Part shown: piece by piece, positions 48,760 to 59,410 of the stretch
Layout of the letters: each line of letters starts with the position of its first letter
How positions within the stretch are numbered: position 1 is the first letter of the stretch
From: Pelomyxa schiedti
Taxonomy: Eukaryota > Protista > Evosea
Length of the DNA stretch: 64,000 nucleotides
Direction of reading: 5' to 3'
Assembly (NCBI GenBank): GCA_020536535.1
Contig: JAHLWZ010000868.1
Coordinates: 3,106-67,105 of the forward strand
Translations under genes and position numbers: made by a program
Notes under the pieces: generated by a model
What the model was told of the DNA's origin: nothing
The model's database searches: none
Seen by the model: only the letters and a program-made list of their open reading frames with translations

Positions 48760-51284
48760 TCACCAGCGGCATAGCTTGTAATCTTTGTAGAAGTTCCCAC
48801 TGGAGTGATTACCAGTCTTGTACCCAACAAACACCTATTTTATTGTTAGGTGTTAACCCAAGCTTGTGAAACCATACAGGGTCAAGAACTCTGGCAGCTC
48901 CATCAATTTCATCGATAGGGGGTTCCAGTCCTAAGGCAAGTTTATGGCCCATAAATTCGTTGGGAGCTTCGTAGGTAACCCAACCGGTATCAACACTTGA
49001 TCCGGAAATTAGTATTAGGGTAAAGGAAAGAGTATGGGCTATTTTCTAGCACACCTGTTCCTATAATACAAATTAGCACAGAGGATAATAAGGTAAAATC
49101 TCACATATATACGCCGCGCTGAGCAAATTCCTCTGCTGAAGTCCGTGTCATCATGTTTAATGCCGCTTTTGCCATGTTTGTGTGTGGATGCCAAGGTTGT
49201 TTGGGCCCAGCAAATCTACCTTCCATGGATGAAACGTTCACTATATGTGCGGGTGAACTAGCAGCCATTTTAGCCTTCAACCGAGAACATAAAATAAATG
49301 GAGCAAGTGCGTTTATTGCATGCACTTCTGCTGCTTCAACTGTGCAAACTTCCCCTAGTGTTTTAACCCACGTGTTGCGACGCCGCAAATCCACCTGTTG
49401 CCCATCACAGTCAAATTCTCCCTGAGGGAAACACTCTGGTTGTTTGTCAAACCCATCATCGTCACTATCGAGGTTTGAGAGGTCACTTTCAGCCGCTTTT
49501 CTCGTAGGCTTGATCAAACTCTGAGCCTCAGAACTAATGTCTGCTTCTGTGCACTGATGGTCGTATGTACTCGAGCTTTGTGTGCTGGTGGGTGATGTGT
49601 TCTCTTCAGTGTATTGGGAATAGCTCGTTTCAGTTGTACTGTGTTCATCGGCATGTGGCGAACTGCGATTTGTGCTGCTTGCCTTATATTGTGCCGTGTT
49701 GGTAAGCTCGGTGTCCCCTTCTTCAATTCTCAGGGCGTTGGAAGTAGTTTCAATAGCTTTACGTTGTGGTGCCAGGAGTGAGATTAAGGGAGGAGGTGCC
49801 GGGGCTTGCTCTATCGGTATTATATTCTGGAAGAAGCCTTGGGGTCTTCTGATAGTTTGTGCAGCGTTATTGATAAGAATGTCAAGTCGTGGAAGCTCGG
49901 TGCATAGCATTTCTGCGAAAGCTTCAACCTCACGTAGCATCCTCATATCAAGCATGTGAACCTGTAGTTTATCACGCCACTCGGAGAAATCAGGTTCTCG
50001 TGAGTAACGGAATACAGCATCATGAGGAAAGCGAGTGGTCATAACAACACTTGCTCCTGCACGCAAAAGCTTGAGAACGATTTCATAGCCTATTTTAATT
50101 CTTCCTCCCGTTACGAGCGCTACTTTTCCTGTGAGATTAATGGTCTGGGATCGTTTGTCAAAATTTTCTTTTCCGCATTCAGGGCAAAGTTGGTCGTAGA
50201 AGCCATGAGCAAATTTCACTGAGTATTGGTAAGCTAGCCTCTTAATGAAAGAGGAGTATTACTTTTGTTTTTACATATATAACATGCAAGAGTTGTCGTA
50301 AGTGGTATTGGAGGATGATGTTCTTGATGATTTGTGTCACTGGAAGGACTCTCTTCTGCAACTGCCGTGGTACTTTTTCCGCTATCTCTTTGAGTTGTAT
50401 CCTCCCCAGTATCAAGCTTTGCCTCATCCTCTGGAGATTCTTGTGGCTTGTACTCTAGTTGTTTTGTAGCTACATATCCTATGAGGAGGGGACTTGGGGT
50501 AGGTTTCCATGAAAGTGGGTCTTCCAACAGTGCCTGTTTTTGGACTTGTGCTCCGACTTGGTCCTGTAGCTTCAGTCTTCGAGCAGCACGAATCCCAGTG
50601 TCTGATAGAGCCTCTTTATCTTTTGAGATGCGACTTGTTGCCATCTGTGTTTTCCCCCGTTCTTTTCTAGGCATTTACGTAGGTTACCATGCAAAATGCA
50701 AAATAAATATTACAAAATTCAAATTACAAAATACAAATAATATCATACAGTACATCAAGCCACTTGTAGGACTTCTCCCTCAATTTTCGAGTCAACTCCC
50801 TCTGGGCAGGGGATTCAGGCAGCGGTTGCCTCGCATTCCTCTCCATCTCCTCGGCCACCCCCTCGCCCCCGCCCCCGCACATGCCCATGCCTCCTCCCCC
50901 CGCCCCCGCCCCCGCCCCCGTCACCAGCCTAGGCGCCGGCGTGGCGGCGCTTGCCGCCGAGGCCCCCCCGGGTTCGTCCTCGGTCCTGGGCCGCTGCAAC
51001 TGCAGCTGCAGGGCGCGGAGGGCCCGCACCTGCTTGGCCAGGCGGAGCTTCTCCTCCGAGACCACGAACCGCAGCACCCTCAGCGCCGTCTGGAAGTCCT
51101 CGATCGGGGGCGCCGCCTTGGCGCCGTCGCTGATGTACCCGGGGCCCGGCGGGTCCTGGTCGCCCGGCGTCGCGCTCGCTGTGGCGCAGCCCCCCACTGG
51201 GGCCTCCGCGTCGTCATCGAACAGTGGTGGGAAACAGTCGGCGTCGTCGCCCGGGGGCTTGTCGGCCTCCTCGTGGTCCGACAT
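48760..51284 (-). CDS. Atypical SDR-family oxidoreductase with upstream CxxC...CxxC motif
   Basis: CYICK..FYDQLCPEC, VALVTGGRIKIG, LINNAAQT, IVNVSSMEG, HPHTNMAKAALNM, MNSVDTGWVT and GNFYKDY..W. Confidence 0.9.
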
Positions 51285-51511
51285 GAGATTGCGATTTCGT
51301 TCTGGCTTGCGAAGGTGTTCACGCTGGAACTCCCTTGGGAGAAACACTCACCCGTACAGTCAGTACCGTCCAGTGTGTATTTCTGATGTCGTGTGTGACT
51401 CCTTCTTCTCACAAAGTGACCTCCATCATTCAACTGAGGCCTATTTTTGCCTCTACTTTTTTCTGCTCAAACGGCAAATTTGACATTTATTAAATCAAAG
51501 CACCAAGCACC

Positions 51512-53006
51512 ATGGACTCCGTGGACCAACAGCAACAATGTAACACAGTGCAATCCTCATCTTCAGCCACATCGACCGCCGTCTCCGAAGGATCTCCCGG
51601 TGGGACTCCGCCCCCTGTCTCCGATTCAATCACGCCGCGCTCTTCCTCGGTTCCCATCACTGCGTTATTGCCCTCCGCGCTCCCGCCTGCGTTGCCCTCC
51701 CCGCGCCAATCTACCTTCATGGACGAGGACGCCAACGACGACTACGAGGACTACGACGAAGACTACGACGAGGACGACTACTACCTCGCCCCTGAGATCT
51801 CAGTCACTTCGCGTGCTGTATCAGGCGGCGAAGTGCAGGACTGCCTCGCGCAACATAAGCAAGATCCGCCCCTTGATCAGCGTGATATAGAAGCCGACGC
51901 GCAATCACAGTCGTCGGCCTCAGTCTCATGCGCAGCGGTTCTGTTATCGGCACCGCAATCTGTCAGTGGGGAGGGGGATGCAGTTGCAATTACGCAATCG
52001 GGGGCACCTGAGTCTTGTGCGTGCAATTGCACTGCGAGCAGTGGTAGTGGGTTTGGGGCTGAGGGGGTATCTGGAGAGGGAGTGAATGGAGAATCGTGTG
52101 CAACACCTCCGTCGAGTGATAATGTGAATTGTTGCGTGACTCTGACTAGGAGGTCAGCGAAGAGGCAGGCGGTTCAGGATTTGGTGCGTGATTCTATAAT
52201 GATTATATTCCTTGCTTCTTCTCTATTTTGGGTTTGTTGTACTGTTTTTCTTCTTTCTATATCTGCTAATTTCCCTTACTAGGAGAGTAGTACAAATGCA
52301 CTGCTCAACGCAATACAAGAGGGTAAATTTGTATTCAATTATCTCTAGTTTGGAAATTTTACCGCATAATAGAGGGGAGTATGCCGTTCAAGCAACTATG
52401 TGAAACCTGTGGAATAGAAGCTAGAAGGTAATTTGAGAATAAAACAACTGATTCCATTTCGCTTTTATGCTTGCTCCAATAAAGGTGTTACGTATGTCTA
52501 CCACCACTTTGACACAGAGAAATTTTTTTTCATCCAACCTACAGCGTGGAATTAATGAGGTGATAATTATGTTATCACAATAAACAGGATATTATAAACG
52601 TTCTATCTGTCGTACCTACTGTCAGGCAACCCCTTCTTACTAAGAGGAAACTTGCCACACCACAAGGAAGTGGGCCAATACCTACAGTCTTCTTGGGAGA
52701 CGGTACACCAATGCGTGGGACCACACTAGAAAATCTACTGGCCACCGTCCACAACAATTACTCCGCGTATGTCACCAATCTTTTTATCCCCAAACCCTAA
52801 TTCTCCCACAGGGTGGCCGGTCTTGCTGATTATACCTCAGTGCTCTTGGAAATGTGTGTAGTTGGGAACACTCTGATTTACACTAACACCAAGGAATTAG
52901 CATCCAAAGCCGCATGACTCCAGAAGAAGCGTTTTCTCGCCTCACCCAACACACACACCATCAAAGTTCACTCCCTGGGCCCAATTCCACAACCAGCAAA
53001 CCCTAG
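51512..53006 (+). CDS. E2F/DP-family winged-helix DNA-binding protein with acidic N-terminus (3' end uncertain)
   Basis: Spliced exons give FKQLCETCGIEARRCYDIINVLSV, the RRxYDxxNVL signature. Confidence 0.75.
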
Positions 53007-53152
53007 CCATTCTGAGAACAGCAGGACAAGTTGGGGACCTGCCAATCCAATCCATCAAGTTCCATCGACAACCTGAAACGCTTCGGCCAACAGAAGAAGA
53101 AAAATTTCGTTGTCCAAAACCAAAAAACAAAAAACCCAGAACAGAAACCAAC

Positions 53153-54589
53153 ACGGCGGCCAAGAACCACGCACAAGGAGGCGGAGGGGAAGGGGCGGGG
53201 ACGCCGCTCAAGGCGGTGGCCGTGGACCCGTCGCGGGTCTACCTGCTCAAGGACAACGACACAACCTACTCCCTGCGGCCGGCGGGGTTCCCGCGGTCGT
53301 TCGTGGGCCGCCTCAGCGCCCTGGCGCCCACGCCCCCTCTGCTGCGCGGCTTCGTCGCGGCCCACTGCAACGTGGCCCACCCGCCGCCCGAGGGCGACGC
53401 CTGCCACTTCGCGTGGTGCTACCCCTGCGGGATGACGTGGAACGGGGAGACGGACGACGAGCGGGTGTACCTGAGAACCGGCGGGTTTGCGTTTTTCCAG
53501 ACCCGCAGCGCGAGCATGCCGTACGCCATCGTGACGTTCACCCCCGCAGCCTTGGGAGCTAGCCTGTCGTGCTACAGGGCGCGTATCGCGCCGCCACGCG
53601 ATGCAAGTCTTATGGCCGAAATATTTGATAATGGGTAGGTATTCTCCGAACCCCCAGTTTTTTTTTTTTGGTTTCCTTTTCTTATTCGCCCAAGGTTGAC
53701 TGATATCGGAGAGGACTCGGGCATCCGGGCTATTCTTTCCAACCCCACTGTGTGCAGGTATCGTTGGGTTCCAGCAGAACCTAGCCTGGACAGCTGCTTT
53801 GGCGAATTTGTTTATGTAACCCAGACCAATGCTTTAATTTCCAGTCCAGTGGAAATTCTAGCCCCTTCCACTCCACCCCACCCTTCCCCTTCCACTCCAC
53901 CCCATCCGTCTCCCCCGATACCGATACCCCTCCCTCAACCTACTGCTATTCCACCGCCAGCGCTATCTCCCCCGCCACATTCACCTTCACCTTCATCTTC
54001 CCCTTCACTTTCACCTTCACCTTCATCTTCACCACATCCCCCGCCACATTCACCTTCACACATTCCCACCTCTACACCGCAGCAGTTAAATTCCCCAGCA
54101 CCGCCGTCACTATCTCCCCCTCTGCAATTACCATTAGCACATTCCCCGCCGTTATCAACTGCACAGCAGTTGTATGGTCATCAACATCACCAATCGTACC
54201 CTATATTGCCACAGCCGGTTACCATTAATACTACGGCACCTACAAGCCATTTCACGAGTCATGTTATAAAACCGACGCTACTACACCGAGGAAACTCTTG
54301 TGATAGCAAAGCAATGAAGACTTTCGTCCCACAAGTTTACCCAACCCCCTTAGCCGTATGCACAACTCCTCCACCATGTCCGCCAACGCGAAATCCTCCT
54401 GCCTGGGTTTCTTCCTTTGAGGAAAAAGACCCAGTACTCTGTGTAGAATGCTGCAAATCAGTCAGGCAAGTGATATTCCTGCCTTGCTATCACATACTCT
54501 TCTGTGAGCTCTGTGCCCAAAAAATGCCGCGGCCAGCCTTTTGCCCTGTAGAACATTGTAACATTGACAGGTTTACCAAGTTTCCTTGA
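53153..54589 (+). CDS. Protein with unknown N-domain, Pro-rich linker and C-terminal IAP-type RING (start unresolved)
   Basis: CVEC..QVIFLPCYHILFCELC..CPV. Intron at about 53635-53694. The first in-frame ATG is internal, at 53432. Confidence 0.7.
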
Positions 54590-54660
54590 AACCCTTTGGG
54601 GAAGGGCTTCCAATACTGAGAAAGGAAAAAAACCAGCAGAATAAACACATTGTATTATAT

Positions 54661-57621
54661 TCAATTTACTGCGTGCCCATATAATATTGCCGTGAAACGG
54701 TCCTTTAGGGACCTGTGTTGTGCCTTCTTTTCTTCATGCATTGCAACTGCATGAAGGAAGAACAAGTCCTTCCTGGTTATCATTCCCACAGGCACATTGT
54801 TAGTATCCACAACTACTAGATGACGCAACCCCAGTGTTCTGAAAATATTGAAGGCGCGAGCGCTGCTCACCCCCATTGGAACTGTTACAGCGTAGTTCGT
54901 GTGCGGTGTCAAGTCCATGCTTGCTTCTTTGTGTTCATTATCGTTGTTGTTGTTGATGATCACTTCATGTTCCGGGTCGCCCTTGTTCTTCTTTGGGTCA
55001 TCCTTTGACTTTGGTTTCGGTGGGTTCAGCAGTTCCACCAACTGTCTGCGAGAATCACGCCAAGTAGCGGCGAACTTGTGAGCGCCCCCTGTACCGCATC
55101 AGCCTGGTGCCTTCCGGACGGCCTGCAGACCACAGCGAAGCCGTTGTGGGTGTAGCTATGAAGAACCTGCTCCACGGCGGCTCGCGTCGTGTGCTGCGAG
55201 AGAGTAACCACCGGCTTATGCATCACATCGTCGACGATGAACCGCCGCAGGGCGCTGGGTGCACTCCAGTCCAGGATGGGGTAGTCCTTGAACCGGAAGT
55301 CGATCATGGTGATGGATGGAGAGAACATGTCGCCGACGAACTTGGCGATTATCAGCGTGACCATGAGGAACAGGGACCATGAGCCTTCGTTTACTGCTTC
55401 GCTCAGAATCACGCTTAGTGACACCGGCATCCTGCATACACCTCCAAGGACACCGGCAGCTCCAATAAACGCCATGAGGCCTGGTGTGACATCCAAAGTT
55501 TCCATCTCTGGCTTGAAGAACTCCCCAATAAGGCGGCCGACTGCGGCACCTACTAGAAGTGACGGCATGAAGAAACCGGCAGGAACGCCACAGCCGATGG
55601 AATATACGGAGATAGAAAAGAAGCAGATGCTGAATACTGTGAGTACGAGCATATCCACAGGTAGTGACTCATGAAAAAGGAAGTTCATGGCATTCTCTTG
55701 GGAGTTCATGAAGAGTGTGGCTGCTGAGTTGTAGGAACCCTCTGGACAGAAGATGGTAGGTAAGTCATCATTGGCAGTTGAGTCATCGGTGGGAACACAC
55801 TTTTTTAACCTGTAGATGTGAGTGTTTGAGATATTGAGATGGAAGCATACACGGCAGACATCGTTACGGCAATAGTTCCTGATAGCACTGCGATTGCTAT
55901 AACTTCAATGAACCGGCGAAGAGGGGTTCGAAAGACTAGTTTTCGATATCTGATGACCAGCAAATGCAAGAAGTTGAAGATGGCTCCAATAATCCCTCCG
56001 AGAATACCCATTACCACAAATGCTACAACTTGCTTTACATTGTCAAATAGTGCATCTGGGAAGGTCCCAAAGTGACACAAGCTATCAATGGAAAACTGTC
56101 CCCACTTTCCATCTTAAAATGATTAAGTGAATCATTACACTCATGTATTGTGACATACCATCAACCCCTGTTATCATAAAGCTCAAACCGAAGCAGGCTA
56201 GCATGGTGCAAAATAGTAGTTTTTGCATCAACCCTCCTGTAAAGTGTGAGCCCTTCTCTAGTGTGAATAACACTGCGCCAGCTGGTGCACCAAACGCACA
56301 GGCGATACCGGCACCCAGGCCAGTAGATACAAGGTCGCGTGTGTCATATTCATCATATTTAAATACTTTCCCCACTGCGTGCCCAATTTGCGATCCAATC
56401 GCAAGCATTGGTCCCTCTTTACCTACGCACATTGGTGAGGCTGTCACCAACGTGAGGGATACTGTATGAGCAAACAGGTTCTTGATTTTCAAGCAGTCTT
56501 GAACCACAATGCCGTTAAGAAAGCAGAGTACTTCTGTTGCCGCCCCCTTCAACATCGGATCTAGAAGAAGTATAATTAGGCCAGCTGAGATTCCATAGAT
56601 ACTGCCCACAGTTACAAATACTACGCCAGAGGCTGTTTTCTCTGAAAGAGAATCATAACCTACAAGGTCTACCAGATACCAGGAAAGATTGCGCCCCCAG
56701 ACCATCCCCTCATGTAGCACAAACGCGAAAGCAGTCACAACCAGGGCTACTATAGCCACACACAGCCATCTCCCAGCAAAGTATCTCCACCTCGCAACCT
56801 TTGACTGATTTTGCTGTGCCGTTATGGTCAAGGGGTTCTCCTGCTTATCCAAATTCGAGCTCTCAAACTTATGCGCCGGCGACCGTTTCGCCAGGGTTCT
56901 CACAGATAGTGCCACGTCGTTGGTTCCGTCCCCAGTCCCAGTCCCCGGTATTGACCCCTCAAACGAACCCAAGAATTCAGGAGGAGAGCATGAGCCTCCT
57001 CCTTCCTCGGAGCCGGCGCCAGATATAGGAACGTAAACCGAGTCATCAGAACCAGAACCAGAACCACCACTGTTGTGAGTGGTCAATACGGCATCCCCAG
57101 GCACGCCCTGTTGGATATAACTGTCCCTCTTTTGGCTAGCAGTACTCGTAGCGAAGATGTGTGCCCCGGCCCCATCAACAGCAGAAGCCCTTTTCGTCGT
57201 GGCAGAGAGCGACGACGACATGGGCCTCATCTTCCTGCTCTTGGAAGACGTCGTGGACGAGGACGCCGACGGCGTCGTCGTCGTCGGTGTGTTGGCTCTG
57301 CGGCCCCCCCCCCGTCGTATACATGGCCGAGGACGAGGAAGCGGGCGGGGCTGGGGGCTCCCCTTGCCTGGCTACTTCGTCGGGGGTGGGTTCGCCCTCG
57401 CCCTCGCCGTCGTCTTCGTCGTCCGAGTCGCGGCCGCCTCCGCCTCCGCCCCCACCGGCCCCCACGCCGTCCTCGTCGCCGCTGTAGTCGCCCGCGGGAC
57501 CACGGGGGTCCTCAGTGTGGGCCGCGATGGGGGTGAAGGTGGTGCCGGAGGACCAGTCGGAGCGCCGCTCCGCGTCGGCCCAGTCCCCAAACTCGGTGTT
57601 GCGCTGCTCGTCGTCCCCCAT
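54661..57621 (-). CDS. CLC chloride channel/transporter with CBS pair; two apparent frameshifts in this sequence
   Basis: GKEGP, GAGIACAFGAPAGAVLFTLE, GFFMPSLLVGA, GVLGGVCRM, HNGFAVV and FRTLGLRHLVVVD..GMITRKDL. Confidence 0.9.
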
Positions 57622-58072
57622 GGCGCGCGCTTGCTCTTGGTCCTCCCTCTTGTGTGGTGGTGGTGGTTTCTTTTGGTCTGGGGTTGGGGGGCGTTGTGGT
57701 TGCGTAGCAGCGCTCTGTGTTCGTTTTTCTTCTTCCAAGGAACTTAGGAAGGACCCGTTTGTTTTCTTCGAATTTTCGCTCGGTTTGGCTGTGCACCGTT
57801 ACCATTTTGGAAGAAGGTGCACGCAGGATTAGATCTAAGACCAAAGAACCTGAGGAGTGCTTGCTGGTCAAGCAAAAAAAAAAAAAAAACAAGTCAGTAA
57901 GCGTTATTTGCTTTCACGGTGCATCCAAGGCGATACTAACGGTTTGCCATCACGCTATGAAGGTGGAATAAAATAGAAAGGTGATGGGCTGGGAGGACTC
58001 TGGCTAATCCTACTTGTGGGATATTTGAAAAAGATCACTGTGGGGAAAAAAAAAAAGTGTTTTGCTCCGCAT

Positions 58073-59324
58073 TTAATCCTTCTTCTTGTTGAAGGAAGAC
58101 AGTACCTTGGATACTACGCTGCTGATAATTTTCGTTAGCGGAGTGAATATCTTGTTTAGTGAAGTTAGCATAAGAGTTGGAAGCATTGACACGTACTGGG
58201 AAGACTTTGGGCAGGCATGTTCCACTTGGTGTTGTCATTATTGACTCGTCGTGAGAGGAAGCTACAATGACAAACTGGAAAGCTATGACTTAAGGGGAAG
58301 GCAGAAAGAATTTGACACACGAAGGGGTAGCCCAGGGCGTACATCCCACAGTTAAGCAATAAGGGGAAGAAGAAGCACGTCGAAGTAAACGCCAAGCCTT
58401 CAAAGGAATAAGTACGAGATATAAGAGAATAGACACACCAAATCCTAAGAAGAACACCCAACGCTGCTCATACCTCCTTACTCGTTTAGCAAGGGATGTT
58501 GAAGGATTTTGCGAGATCCACTTGATACTGGAGAAAAATTAGAGTAAGGAAGTACGGGCATCGTCATACTCAAAGCAAAGGAATGTATACACCCAAGACA
58601 ACCAAAGAAAGTCAGCTATCCTGCCGACTACTGGAATGAACTCTAATACAATAGCCACGCACACGCATGTGCCATACAGTAAAGTTTTTACTGCAGAATC
58701 GGAAATGTCTTTTATTGGTCTGCGCACGAAACATCAGAGTGAGACGTGAGTCAATAACAGTAGTGACGCAACTGAAGTAGAGCTTTTTCTGAAACTCTAG
58801 GCTGCACTAAATCCGGCATCATGGCGTCTAACCATGACCTAGTGATATACAAGGAGAATCCATACAGTGGCAAAATCCACAATGCCTGTCCATATCTAAA
58901 GTGATCAAAACATCCCGAAAACCACGCCATAGAAGGAGACCACAAAAAAAAGAGAGAAAAGTACTCCAAAAGAAATAAACATACTCCTAGAAACAAGAAT
59001 AACAAGAAGAAGAAAAAGTACCCTTGAAGCAGCAAACAGCGCCAATTTGAAAAAGAATGAACTCTCGGCCAAAGAGGGCATTACCTTTGGTGTTATCCAG
59101 TATTCCAAAAGCAGATAAGATCCAACGAAAATGCACCCATTGTAAACAAGGCATTTTTGCAACTGCTTCCACACGTTGGGTTTGGTGATCGCGTGTCCCA
59201 CAAGTTTGTCTACACGCAACGAGCACACGATGCCAGCGAGGAACAGTCCCACAATTCCACCCCACCCCGAGGTTGCTGGGTACAGAGTTTTCCGCGGTTG
59301 CTTCGTCACTTCCCCCGTCTCCAT
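58073..59324 (-). CDS. EI24: Etoposide-induced protein 2.4 (EI24) homolog
   Basis: KCLVYNGCIF, LWILPLY, IPVVG, WVYTFLCFEY..W, EQRWVFFLGFG and YALGYP. Confidence 0.85.
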
Positions 59325-59410
59325 CTTTCTGTTTTTTATCGATTTTTGTTTTTCGTTGGTTTGTTTTCTGAAACGTTGATTCTATTATTTTCAGGATGGC
59401 AAACAGTGTT

